From the human T2T-CHM13v2.0 reference genome, Homo sapiens, in NCBI RefSeq assembly GCF_009914755.1, contig NC_060925.1: a stretch of DNA of 64,000 bases. One strand, written 5' to 3'. The translations under genes were made by a program, and so were the position numbers. The notes under the pieces are model-generated. The model saw nothing but the letters and a program-made list of their open reading frames with translations, was not told the origin of the DNA and did no database searches. Each line of letters begins with the position of its first letter. The first letter of the stretch is position 1. Shown here one piece after another: positions 1 through 12,831 of the stretch.

Positions 1-139
1 GCCTCCAAAAGTGCTGGGATTACAGAAGTTAGCCACTGAACCTGGCCCTGAAATGCTTTTACTTTCTTTCTTTTTTTTTAAATGAAAATACTGGACATGG
101 AGATGTGGAAAGACACCTTGCTTTATTACTTTTGTTGTT

Positions 140-1240
140 ATTATTATTTCTACAGTAGAATTTATACATCACAAAATTCACCATTTTTAAGCATACATTT
201 CAGTGTCTTTTACCATATTCCAAAACTTTCGCAACCATCGCCACTACCTAATTCCAGAATATTTTCATAATGCCAAAAAGCATGCCTGTACCTGTGGGCA
301 GACACTCTCCAATTCCCCCCTTCTTGCGCTCTCTGACAACCACTAATCTACCTTCTCTATATATTGATGTACTTGTTCTGGGCACTTCCTCTATATGGAA
401 TAACAAAGTGTGGTATTTTCTATCTGCTTCTTAGAATATTGTTCTCAAGTTTCATCCTTTCTAGCCTGCGTCAGTACTTCAACTTTTTATGGCCAGATAA
501 TATTCCACTATATGGTTATACCACATTTTGTTTATTCATCAACTCATGGTGGTTTAAGATGTTTCCACTTTTTAACTATTAGGAATAATGCTGCTGTGAA
601 CAGCTTTGTACAGGTTTTTGAGTGAACAACTGTTTTTCATTTTCTTGGTTATAAACCTAGGAGTGCAATTGCTGCATCATATGTCACTTTATGTTTCACT
701 TTTTGAGGAACTCACACACTGTTTACTAACTTCAGTAGCTACATCATTTTAGATTCCCAATAGTAATATATGAGAATTCCATATTCTCCATCACTTTTGA
801 AACATGTGTTGTCTTTATTTTTTTCTTAAGTCATACTGCTGGGTGTGAAGTGGTATCTCATTTTGGTTTAAATTTACATTTTCCTAATGACGAAAAACAT
901 TGAACATCTTTGCATGTGCTTCTTGGCCATTTGTGTGTTTCCTTTAGAGAAACCTCTACTCACAGCTTTTTTTCCCCATTGTTAAATGTGGTTGTCGTTT
1001 ATTGCTCAGTTATATGAATTCCTTATATACTCTAGGTACTAGACCTGTGTCAAACATACAATTTGGAAATAGTTCTCCCATTATGTGGATTATCTTTTCA
1101 CTTCCTTGACAGTGTCCTTTGAAGCATACAAGTTTTTTATTTTAATGAAGTCCATTTATCTATTTTTCGGTTGTTTGTGCCTACTTAAAAAATGTCTAAT
1201 CCAAAATCACAAAGATTTGTACCTAGGTTTCCTTCAAGAC
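140..1240 (-). mobile_element. Old L1M 3' fragment
   Basis: Typical antisense L1 3' motifs (aataatgctgctgtgaac, gtgaagtggtatctcatt, ttttaatgaagtcc). Confidence 0.75.
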
Positions 1241-2529
1241 ATCGTCTTTTGAATGAGAACTTTCCTGGGTTTTAGAGGAGGGTGGACATTGTTTATTGAT
1301 GCCTCCTGTCCATTACCGATGTTTCTCCTGATTGTTATTCATATGCTCACCACCCCTCCATGGAGCATCCATGGCCTGTGACAGAGCTCTGGGGACTGAT
1401 ATCCTTCCACTGGCTTTGGCGCTGGTGAGAGCCCTGGTCATGTGATTCAGCTTGGCCTTAACCCGACCCAGTTGCACATATTCCTCAGGCCCTTTAGAGT
1501 TGAAGTCGAGACCTCTCTGAGAACGCTTGCCAGCCCATGCTCTTCTAAGGCTGGAGCAAACTTCCTCCATCTATTCCAGACAGAGGGGACTGCAGGGGTT
1601 GGACTCACTCAAGATATCTCTGGTGTTAGAAAGAAGACCTGTTTCAGGCTTTGGGGAAGATTGTTCAATATGAACTAGGTCCTCTCTAATTATTTTTACC
1701 GTATGTGTGACTTCTTTCTAGAAACAAGGGAAGAATATTTATGTTAGAACATTTTGTCTATTCTTTGTCAATTGTTGTTTATCTACAATTTTAACATGGA
1801 TAAAGGAGAGTTCAGTGTCAATATATTCTTAACAACTAATTACGGCTCATGTCCACCGCCATGCGATCATATTTAAATCTGTCAACTATCCTGTTACTTA
1901 GGTATTATCCTGTTCCTGATGAGAAAACAAACTCAGAAAGATTGCAAAATTTCCCTAGGTCACAAAACTAGTGAGGAGAGGAGTAAGAATTAGATATCCG
2001 TTCCTTTTGGCCTTCAAAGCTAACCTTGTACCATTAGATCAAACTGATTTACATACTTTTGCTGGAATTAGTCTCAGACTTGTGGTTCTCACTTGATTTT
2101 CCCAAGGAAACAGTGTGCCACTTTAATATCGTTTCAAACTTTGAAATTTAAAACTCTTTTTATTATACTTTTTTGTCTTTGTTCTATTCCGTTGCTTTTG
2201 GTTTCTTCTCAACGGATCCCTCTTATTTATATGCTAAATATTTGTTACCTATTTTCTGTCAATTTTCACATTTTTGAGTGTTTGTTATCTGTCTGTTGTA
2301 TGCTAACAGTTCTTCACTGAGGTAAAATTTGCGTAGAGTATACTGCAAAAAAACCTAAAGGCACAGCTTAATAAATTTTAATATAATTATAATTGTAAAG
2401 TAACACCCAGTTAAAGACAGAGAACATTTTCCCCCATGCCACAAAGTTCTGATGTGGTCCTTGCCAGTCAATACTCATCCCCCAAATGAAGAATATATTC
2501 TGAATGTTGTCACTGCCTTAGCCCCTTTG

Positions 2530-2945
2530 TGTTGCTGGAAAGGAATACCAGAGGCTGGGTAAGTTATCAAGACAAGAGGTGCCTTTTGCTCATAGTTCTG
2601 CAGGCTGTACAAGAAGCATGGCCCCCGCATCTGCTCCTAATGAGGGCCTGAGGCTGCTTCCACTTGCAGCAGAAGGTGAAAAGGAACCAGGGTGTGCAGA
2701 GATCATATGGCGAGAGAGGAAGCAAAAGAGAGCAAGGAAAGGTGAGAGGCACTTTTTAATAACCAGCTCCTACAGGAACTAAGAGAGTGAGAATTCACTC
2801 ACTACCTTCTCCCAGGGTGGGGATTCATCTATTCATGAGGGATCCACTCCCATGACCCAAACACCTCCCATTTACCCCCACCTCCAACACTGGGGACCAC
2901 ATTTGAACATGTGATTTGGAGGGGACCAATATTTAAACTTAGCAG
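2530..2945 (+). mobile_element. MaLR LTR (MST-type)
   Basis: Diagnostic gctcatagttctgcaggctgtacaagaagcatggc ... catgacccaaacacctccca ... cctccaacactgggga. Confidence 0.8.
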
Positions 2946-3000
2946 CCACCATAGATTCATTTTGCTTGATCATGTGCTTCATAAAAATGGAATCATTTTG

Positions 3001-3170
3001 GCTGGGCCTGGTGGCTCATGCCTGTAATCCCAAGACTTTGCAAGGCTGAGGCGGGCAGATCACCTGAGGTCAGGCGTTCAAGACCAGCCTGGCCAACATG
3101 GTAAAACCCTGCCTCTACTGAAAATACAAAAAATTAGCCAGGCATGGTGGCCGGTGCCTGTAATCCCAGG
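3001..3170 (+). mobile_element. Truncated Alu (left arm and start of right arm)
   Basis: Alu consensus ends abruptly at gtaatcccag. Confidence 0.9.
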
Positions 3171-3522
3171 CACCGGATATGTACTGGTATCTCATATGTA
3201 CAGGATATGTACTGGTATCTCATTGTTGTATTGATTGATGTTCCTGCTGGCTAAACAGTAGAGCATCTTTTCCTATGCTAATTGACCATTCATGTATCTT
3301 CTTTTCTTAAGTACCTATTCAAGTCTTTTGAGAAATTGTTTCATTGTGCTGTTTATCTTATTAAACTTATATATATATACATACATATATATATACAAAT
3401 ACACTCTAAAAAACCCCTTTGTTGGAAATAAATATATCTCCTATATTGTGGTTTCTTTTAATGTTCTCTTAATGTTCCCTGTTTGGAGATAACGATAGAT
3501 AATCTTCAAAAAGGTGAATATA

Positions 3523-3539
3523 CACACCCACACCCACCC

Positions 3540-3591
<52 letters not shown>
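3523..3591. repeat. (CA)n microsatellite
   Basis: Seen directly; a (TA)n tract also lies at ~3368-3394. Confidence 0.95.
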
Positions 3592-3594
<3 letters not shown>

Positions 3595-3611
3595 AGCCAC
3601 CGGATCCAGCC

Positions 3612-4230
3612 TGTTGAATTTATTTCTAAGCACAACATGTATTTAGATGTTACTTGAAATGAAATTGTATTTTTATTTCATTTTCCAAATGCTCATTGCT
3701 AATACACAGAAATACAAAAGACTACTTCTATTGAGCTTATATTCTGCAACATTACCAAACTCACTAATTAGTTTTGGCAGATTTTTGTAGATTTCTAGGA
3801 TTATTAACATACACAGTCATTATCTGTGAATAAAGACAGCTTCAATTCTTTCTTTTCAATCTTTTCAATACTTTTATTTATTTTTCTTACTTTATTGCAT
3901 TGATTTAGATCTCTAGTATAATGCTGAATTGAAAGAATAACAACAGATATTCTACTTTTTTCTCTGATTTAATAGAAAAGCATTCAATCCTATGCCATTT
4001 AATATAATGTTACCTCTGAGTTTTTTTCAAATCTACCCTTAATAGGGTTGAAAGTGTTGCCTTCTCTTCTTATCATGCTGAGAGTTTTCTGGGGTTTGTT
4101 TTTATAAATCATGAAAAAAGTTTTCAATTGTGCCAAATGCTTTTACTGTGTATGACAAGGTAATCATATGGTTTTTCTCTTTTGCCCTGATAATACATAA
4201 CATTACATTTTCTTAAATATAAAAAAGATT
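3612..4230 (-). mobile_element. Old L1 ORF2-region fragment
   Basis: Antisense L1 motifs (tctgtgaataaagacagc, aaagcattcaatc, caaatgcttttactg). Confidence 0.65.
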
Positions 4231-5351
4231 TCTTGAATCAAGCTAGGACAGTTTTTTTAATTATAAACTTTTAACAAATATATTGAAATATAACTTACAT
4301 GCAATTGAGATGCATGAAAGTGTATAATCATTAAAGTGTATAATTTTAAGAGTTTGAGCACACTATACACGAGTCAAAGAGAAAGGACAGAAAATACTAA
4401 CGATGGCTCAGCACATGTGGTCTATCTTGCTGAATGCTCTATGTGAGTTTGAGAAGAGTTATTTGTTAGCTGTTCTTAGATGTATTTTGCTTAAATATCG
4501 ACCTGGCTAACATGTGTCATTGATTGTGTGAATTAATCTTGTTCTAGTGGGCAGTAAAATTACTGTCTGATCACTTTGGACTTATGTGGACTGGTTTATG
4601 TTTTATTACAACGGATTCATGGAAAGCCCACAGCATTTCCCAAGACCCTCTAATTTGGCAGGACTCAATCACCAATCCACCCCTTTGTGAATTTGTCAGG
4701 GTTTGCTTTTAGGCTTTAGCAGGTTGGTCTACAATAGGCCTTATTGAAAAGTGTGACACTTATTCCTAAAGCACATCCATTCTAGTGTCTCAGTTGGATA
4801 CCTGGGTGCTAATGAGGTGTGCATGAGTTCTTCCCACCATGGATGGCAGAAACTCCATCATACATTCCCCAACCCTCCTCCACCTCAAGTACCTCTGGTC
4901 CAAACTCAATTTCATAGCAGCCACCCCTCTGTTAAAACTGTTAGTCTTTTCCTTGTGCAGGTAGAGTCCACTCCTTGATAAGTATGCACATGGAACCCCA
5001 CATAGACTTTGAGAGCTGCACCTTTGATCAGCTGTCTCCTCACTGGTGCCCTGCCCTGCAGATTGCAGTTGCTTCAGCCGTCTTGAACTCTGATCTCTGC
5101 CTTCTCAGCTCAGTGAGCTGCCCTGCCCTGAGTGGACTCTAGCTCACTATGCAGCTGCTGAGAAATTCTCCCCAAACAACTAGGAAATCATGGGGCTTCC
5201 CCCTTAAGTTTTCTCTTGGACTGCCTGTTGTACACTGCTGAAAACAATTTTACGTTTGTTTATGGAGGCAGGGTTAGTCTGATATGATTTATTCTAACAG
5301 ACAGAAGCAGAAATCTGTTATACTCTTTTAATTACTGTGTCTTTATAATAT

Positions 5352-5975
5352 TATGGTAGACAGAATCCTAAGATGACCCCCAGTGATCTTTGCTCTTATA
5401 TAATCACTTCCTCCTGAGTGTAGACAAAGCTACTGAGGAGATGTCACTCCTGTGATTGTGCTACAATTTATGGCAAAAACAAGTTAACAGATGTAATCGA
5501 GATCCCAAATCGGTCAAATTTAAGATAGACAGATTATCTGATGAGCTTGACCTAGTGAAGGTGAGTTCCTTGGAGGGACTGAGGACTTCCTGGAGAGATG
5601 TGAAGTGCAGGAGGGTTTCCATGCAGGGCGATCCTCCTCTGCTGGCTGGAGGAAGCATGCAGTGGGAACATGGGAGGCCTCTACGAGCAGCGAGAGGCCC
5701 CTGGCTGACAGCCAGCAAGAAAACAGAGATCTCAGTCCTACAGTCACAAGGAACTGAACTCAGCTGACAACCTGAGGAAACTTGAGAGGAAGTTCTTCCC
5801 CAGAACCTCCAGAAAGAAACCCAGCCTAATTTCAGCCTGTGAGGCCCTGAGAAGAAGACCCAGAGAATCCAGGCCTGAACTTCTGATCTGTGGACACTGC
5901 AAGAAAATAAATCATTCTTATTTTACGCCGCTAATGCTTGCAGTAATTTAGTATGCAGCAATAGAAAATTAATAC
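5352..5975 (+). mobile_element. MaLR LTR (MLT1-type)
   Basis: tggtagacagaatcctaagatgacccc ... gacagccagcaagaaaacagag ... cagcaatagaaaattaataca. Confidence 0.8.
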
Positions 5976-6242
5976 AAATAAAATGGAGAAGGCTTTGGAG
6001 TGGGGACAAGAAGGAAACGGTGGGAGAGGGATGCCTGTATGCTGATATGGTTGATGCCTGTATGGTTGAATTGGGTCTACCGTTCCTCATCTAATTAGCT
6101 ATGGTCTATTAAGGTGCATAGCTACACACAAATATTGGTACTACGTTCAATTCAGAGGAATAAGATATTGCATTCTTGACAGTAGACAAGAACACCCTGA
6201 ATTTGGGGTCACTGTATCATAAGTCATGTTATCAGGTCCCTC

Positions 6243-7020
6243 TAGGAAGGCTTAGAGGAAGATTTCCAGGATACACTTGTGACAACATTGAAGGCTTCTT
6301 TCTTCCCCAAAGGGACCCGATCTCCCCTCAGTCGAGAAGCTCCAAGTCTCTGAACTGGATGCCAGGTTATAAATTCCCCCTATACTGACTCCATCAGGCT
6401 TCTGTCCTCAGAACTAGAGTTTATCAGTAAAAGATAGACTCATGGGAGTCTAGGCATTTATTCTCTTATTTTATATAAATCAGTTAATGTGCAGGAACAA
6501 AACAGACTTTGAAGAAAGACACTCACAGTTGCCACAGGAAAACACCTTCAACATCCTCATGAGTCATCATGGGTGTTCTGTTGGGAGGACTTGATAGGAG
6601 GCTTTCCTCCTCACGGGCTAGTGCAGATCCAGGGGAAATGTCATCAAGTCCTCCATTCGGAGGGTAGCAGCTGAGGCTGCTGATTCGTTAGGCCTCCTGC
6701 AGCTGGAGATGCAAGTAGTGCATTTTCATGGCCACCGCAGGGCCCTCAGTTTAGCATTCTTCAGAGCCAGCATCCAACAAGCCACAGAAGCTCTGAGTAT
6801 TTCCCTTTCCTCAGTCACCCACATAAATGGCTTCAGAGCCTTCTGGGGAAGGCCTGAAGGAAGATTTACAGCATACACTTGTGGTAGCATTGAAGGCTTC
6901 ACTCTTCCTCAAGGGATCCAATCTCCCCTCAGTCAAGAAGCTCCAGGTATCTGAACTGGATGCCAGGTCATAAATTCCCACTATGGTGACTCCATCAGGT
7001 CTCTGTCCTCAGAACTAGAG
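6243..7020. repeat. Dispersed direct duplication of ~178 bp (6243-6419 and 6843-7020), ~85% identical
   Basis: Hand alignment; both copies end in ...ctgtcctcagaactagag. Confidence 0.92.
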
Positions 7021-9259
7021 CTTTTCTAAGTGTAACGTAAGTTGATTTCTTAGTAGATGTCCCATCCATTACATTCCCAGACACCTCACAATGATTCGAA
7101 TGATTAGTAACCACCACATATCCCTGCCTCTCAGGGAAATCCCTCCCGCCTTGTCTCTAGATGGCCAAGTCCCACGGCCTGTCCTCTACTCTTCCAGAAC
7201 CCTGTTGTTCTCACTGACAGCAGGGAGGGCAAATCCATGCAGCAGCTCCCGCCATGACCTCCATCCTGCAGAGGATGGGCGCCACAGGACTTTTAAACGC
7301 ATGCCGCTGTTCCCCTCACCTGTGCATTTCTTAACGCCTTGGTGAGGAGAATGTCTCTGGATCTTCCTTGATGGGAGCTAAAGGAACAAAGGTAAATAAT
7401 GCTATGGGACCCACTGAGAACTGGGGCTGTGGAAGAGTGGCCACTGAAGTAATAGACAGATGCAGCTATTGCCAGATACTCAGTGCCAGAGCAGGGAGGG
7501 ACAGGGAAGAAATACGGACCTCACCTTCCTCTCACTTCCAGGATCCATTGGGGGCCCTCCATTGCTAAACCTAACTAGAAGTGTGCACGCAGGGGAGCCA
7601 GGGATGCATTCTAGGAGGGACGAGCCCCGAGTGGCATGAGACAGGATGGAAATGAGTGGACAGTGGATCTGTGGGAAGAAGGAGGGGATGTTATGGGAAA
7701 ACAAAAGGAGAATACTAGCTAAGAACGCTAGGTGACATTAATATTCCGAAGTCTGTGCTCATATTCAGAAAAGAAAGTTCAGCATAAAGCACTAAATAAG
7801 GAGTCAAGATATTGTACTTCCAACTGTTGTTCCAACAGCTGTATTATAAAGGGCCACTTTATTTCATGCCTTTCTAATTTGACCTAAAGTGCCAGGTGGC
7901 ATTGGGGCTGGCACAGCCTTGCTCAATTATGTGTTGCAGAGTACACAGAGACTGCCAGGCTGAGGGAAGATGCAAGAGAATAGAAGAGATGCTCTCAGGG
8001 AACAAGAGACCACATGGCCCCAGAGTCAGGGGCAGCATCAGCCACTGTCAGCTGCTCATTTTCCCAGACAGAGCCCACAAGCCTCAGCCATGCTTTGCTT
8101 CTGCAAGACGCTTCTTCACCTTTTCAATAAACCTGCCTGAATTTAAGCTGACAGGGTTTATTTCTCCTTCATCATAAATGAAATTCTTCACCACAACAAT
8201 CTCCAATGAATTTTGGGCACAGCAGGCAGGCCCATTTCTGCTTCTGTTCCACTATCTCTCCTGTAGGTTGAAAAGGAGGAGGTACTGAATTACCTCCAAA
8301 TGTTCCTCTGGCTCTGATATTCTGTTATTCTGGTTCCTTTTTGGCTACTTTGTTTTTGGTAGCGTGTATCCTAAGGCGTCCAGTTGAACAACTTTTGTCT
8401 ACTGTGTCCAGGCATTCCTGGTGGTATTTCAGATAAGACTCTCTTGGGTTGCTGAACTCACAACCACTGAACCAATTCTATGACCATCTGTTTCATGGCC
8501 ACATGTTTGCTCATTTTATATGTACATAAAGGGAGGGGACAGACAGCAAACTTGCGTGTTACAAATTGTATCATCTTAAAAAGGAAACAAGGCAACACTT
8601 TGCAATAAAACCTTAAGATGCATGAAATTTGAGCCTAATGCAATAAAGGATGCCCATAAAATTCTTATCTAAAGAATGTTTCGAAAATTGTTGTACAAGG
8701 ACATCATCATTTAAAGTGATATGAAGAAACCTTCTCAGCTAAGCATATGGGCTAGATTAGAGAGAAAAATAAAGGACCCATCTCTGCCCTGGAAAAACTG
8801 CTGGTAGCATCTTTCAAAAAGCTCTCTGTGTTTGAGTACGCACCTTGATCCATAGGCTCACATTTGATCCCAACTGGCAGCTGCTTCTTGGCATTAACAT
8901 TGGATTCCCAACAAGTAAATCTTACCAAGATCTGACTTTCTGCAGATATAATATTATTTTGTTTGACCATCCTTATCTTCAAGGGCTACCAAGAAGGAAC
9001 CAAGAATTTATTTACCTCCCCAAGGGAAAAGGTTTTACCAATGAGACACTTTCTCACCATGACCCCAGGACCCCATATGCCCTGTTCACTTGAGTGCCCT
9101 GTGTGGCCTGACAGAAGCTCATGCTGGTCACAGGATTCCTTATATGACTAGCCTCCTTCCTGAATCCCAATTTCATGGTGGTGGTCATGACAGGTGTCCT
9201 GTATCCCATGCTCATGTCCCTGAAGTCACCAGCCTATCTCCAGTTAGAAAAAATTACAT

Positions 9260-10690
9260 GTATATAGAGAGGCCTCTTTGGAAGGAGCAAAAACTTTCTC
9301 ACCTTCGTACACTAATGGTTGGAAGGTACAACAGCATATGCACTTTGGGAAAAAATATCTGGCATATTCTTACAGAAACAAACAACTACCTATTCTATGA
9401 CTCAGTAATTCCTAAGCATTTATCCAAGAGAAACTAAAACGTATGTCCAGAAAATCACTTATACAAGAATGTTCATAGCAGTTTTATTCATAATACAAAA
9501 AACTGAAAACATTCAAGTATCTGTCAATACAAGAATGGATCAATAAACTGTGATACACTCATTCCATGGAATGGCTAAAGGAACAAACTGGTGACACACA
9601 GAACAACAAGGATGAATCTCAAAAACATTTGGAGTGCGATAGAAGCCATACCCAAAAAAGTGCGAGAAAAAAAGATAAATAATAATGGTTCCAAGAAATG
9701 CCCAGCAGACAGCCCAGAGGCAAAGACCCACAGGACGGCGGGCCGGTCCCAGGCTGTCGATCCTAATTAAGAAACTTCTGCTGGATTTTGCCCAGCTCCA
9801 TTTCCAAACTATTTTGGGTCAGTGACTTCTTTATCCCTTCCATGTTGCCTCATTTTGAACTAGAATCACTGTAAGTGTTATTCTATGTCTGTCACATCAT
9901 TCCACAGTAGGGGCAGATAAGCTGTTTAGAATGGCTAAAATTCAAAAAGGTGAACACACCAAATGCTGTCAAAGATGAGGAGCAAGCAGAACTTTCCATC
10001 GCTAGTGGAAATCAAAAGGGTACAGTCACTTTGGAAAACTTAAGTTCACTCAAAATCCTGCACAGAAGTACTTACAGCAATTTTATTCATCATTGCCAAA
10101 ACTTGGAAGTGCCCAAGATGTCTTTCACCAAGCGAAAGAATAAACAAACTGTTGTAGCCATACAAGGAAATCTGATTCACTGATTTTAAAAAACAAGTTA
10201 TCAAGCCATGAAAAGACATGAAGGAACTTAAAGTACATAATGCTAGAAAGAAGCCAGTCTGGAAACCCACATACTGTACCACTCCAACTCTAGGACATTC
10301 TTGGAAAGTCAAAAAGATAGAAGTAGTAAAATGGTGAGTGGTTGTCAGGGGTGGAGGAGAGGAGGACGCGTGAAATGGTGAAGCACAGGGAATTTTCAGC
10401 AGTGAAACTCTTTCGCATGACGCTGTATTGGGGATTTAGGACATTATGTAATTGCCAAAACCCATAATCCGTGAAACTCAAAGAATGAACTCTAATGTAA
10501 ACTATGGACTTTAGTTGATAATGACGTATCAACAGTGGTTCATCAATTGTAATGAATGGACCACACTAATACAACATACTAGTAGGGAAAATTGTGTGCT
10601 GGAGGACAGGGGAGCCTAGGAGAACTCTCTGTATTATCCACTCAAGTTTTCTGTAAACCTAGAACTGTTCTAAAAAATAATGTCTATTAA
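9260..10690 (+). mobile_element. L1M 3' fragments (~9260-9670 and ~9920-10690)
   Basis: aatgttcatagcag, caataaactgtg, aatgtaaactatggactttagtt, tgtaaacctagaactgttctaaaaaataa. Confidence 0.75.
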
Positions 10691-11139
10691 CTTTTTTTTT
10701 AATTAGGATGCAGCAGCCCCATATCAAGGTTTTGGTGGCATCCTGTAATTGTGTGGTTAGTACTTGGCATTGAAGTGCACCAACCTGGAGTCAGAGCAGT
10801 TGGAGATTTCAAGGCCTGTGCCATTTACCTCTAACCCTGGGGTGCCCCTGGAATACAGATAGCAGATCGGTTAAGGAGAAGCAGCCTCAGCAATCTAGAC
10901 AGTGCAGGTTTCTGGTGAGGACAGGTAAAAACCATCTGGGTGGGCAGAACTTGGTGAAGACTAGAAACCACTGAGACTCAGCAGCTGCCGCAGTGGCACC
11001 CACAAATCAAAGGAGGGGGCTGGGAAGAGCTAAGGGCTACTGGATGAGCTCTCTGCCTGCAAGACAGAAGCAGATCCAGAGATTTTGGAAAATAATGTAG
11101 GTTTCAGTACAGTGTGATCTCTTCAAAAAAGTAGAGAGA

Positions 11140-11335
11140 ATGAAAAGGAAAGAAAAAGAGAGAGCATGAGAGAGAAAGAAGAAGAAGAAAGGAAGAAAGG
11201 AAAGAAGGGAGGGAAGGAGGGAAGGAGGAAGGAAGGGAGGGATGGAGGGCGGGTGGGAAGGAGGGAAAGAATAAAAAGAGAGAGAAAGAGAGTTGGAGGG
11301 AAGTAGGGAAGGAAGGAAGGAAGGAAGGAAGGAAA
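11140..11335. repeat. Purine-rich (GA/GGAA)n low-complexity tract
   Basis: Seen directly; (GGAA)7 at 11307-11334. Confidence 0.95.
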
Positions 11336-12559
11336 TGAACAAATTTACATGAAGATGAGAACAGTGGGGAAACTTACACCACCAATATTTTCCATTAACA
11401 GGAACACGCTAAGTAGTTATTAGAGAAAGACACGCTACTGTAAAACAATATACTGTTTCCATGGGGTACAACAACCCCTTCCTCCTCCTCTGAAACACAT
11501 TCTATCTCTGGCTCACTGTTGCCAGAGACACTGAGTCTTGTCTTTGGATACGTTCTGGTGCCCACAAGAATGAGATGAGACAGTGGATCCCAGAACACCA
11601 GGCCACGAACTTCCCTGTTGCTCCTTGTCCACTCCAGAAGCTACCCAGCTGCAGTTGGGGACCTCAGCCCCTGGGTCTGATGTCATCCATTTGCCTTTCT
11701 CAATGGACTTCTCTCCTTGCACTGGCTCCTACTCCCCCAGGACCTGTGGGTGACCACATGAGAAGAACACAAACAGGCCATGCCCCTTTCTTTCTCCCCC
11801 TCTCAATGCCTGCAGTAGTGGGTTCCATGGGGTAGTGACCTGAGATTTACTCATTGTGGGGCCTCTAGCCCAGAGCAGGGCCTACTACCTCATAGTCACC
11901 CCATGAATGCTCAGTGAAAGAAGACGTCCACCACAAGGTCCTGGGGAACCAAGAATTCCACTGTGGCCCATAAATTCTAAGTCTACAGGATTCTGGAATG
12001 GGAGATGGGAAAGGCCTTCAAAAGTGGCCACTTTTAACCCATTATACTGGCAACTGAGCCATGTTTCCCCATCCTGGACACATCCAGAGGGCACTGCCTA
12101 AAACCAGACACATCTCCCCACCCAGGACAGTGTAGGAGCCTTAGCCTGGGGGATGCAGGTGGACAGGGAGGGGGTGAGCCACCAAAGCTGAAGAGCAGAA
12201 AGCAGGTGAAAGGGGACAGTAGGGTGGAAACAGAGAGAAATGGGGGCAGAGAATGGGGGGTGAGAGGGGAAGAGTGAGGAGAGGGATGCAGATCTAGCTA
12301 GTAAGGAAAAGTCCTGGAGAGAACACTGTCCTCTCCTGAAGTAAAATCACTTCTACCTGACCACGGCACTGCAGCTCATGGGCAGCACATGCTGTGGATA
12401 TTTGTTCATTCATTTAACAAATATTTATTTAATATCTGTTGCATGCCAAGCAAGGCCCTGCGATGTTTAGGGACCTTGACATCTTCCCTTCACATCTGAG
12501 TCATAATACAAAGAGGACTCTCTGACCCCACTGAGCTGGCAATGCCTCGGGATTTTTAC

Positions 12560-12831
12560 CTGTTGGATCTGGCAGCTCTTGATGTCAGCCCACACCATGT
12601 GAGGCTGCTCTTGGTGCACCCAATGGGGAAGTTTCTACATCAGGGCCTCGGAGAATCCACTGGAAGCCCTGGACAGTGGGAGTCAGCGGCATCCCCAGTG
12701 TGGAGGCCAAGAGCACACAGTGCTTAAGCTCCAGGCACCCTCAGGAGGACGGCAAGGGACAATTGGCTGGTGAGAGCCCGGGTCACCGGGAACCTTCGCC
12801 TGGGTCTAAACAGGATTTGCCTTCAGATTGC
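12560..12831 (-). other. NBPF1: NBPF 5'UTR exon 2 (272 nt)
   Basis: Strong acceptor tttctctcttttatctcacag|GCAATC and donor CAG|gtaaaa; sequence recognised from NBPF mRNA leaders. Confidence 0.75.

Noticed and set aside
6176-6954. Plus-strand ORFs shared by the two duplicated units (…YTCDNIEGF… / …YTCGSIEGF…)
   Set aside because: They are the antisense mirror of the minus frame. Substitutions would fall mostly at first positions, and the splice signal is on minus.
8261-8400. Extra minus-strand exon ending at donor GAG|gtaatt (8294)
   Set aside because: The implied intron to the 8260 acceptor is only 33 nt, too short to splice.
11307-11334. (GGAA)7 as an ETS-fusion enhancer
   Set aside because: It is a short, common microsatellite with no supporting evidence in the sequence.
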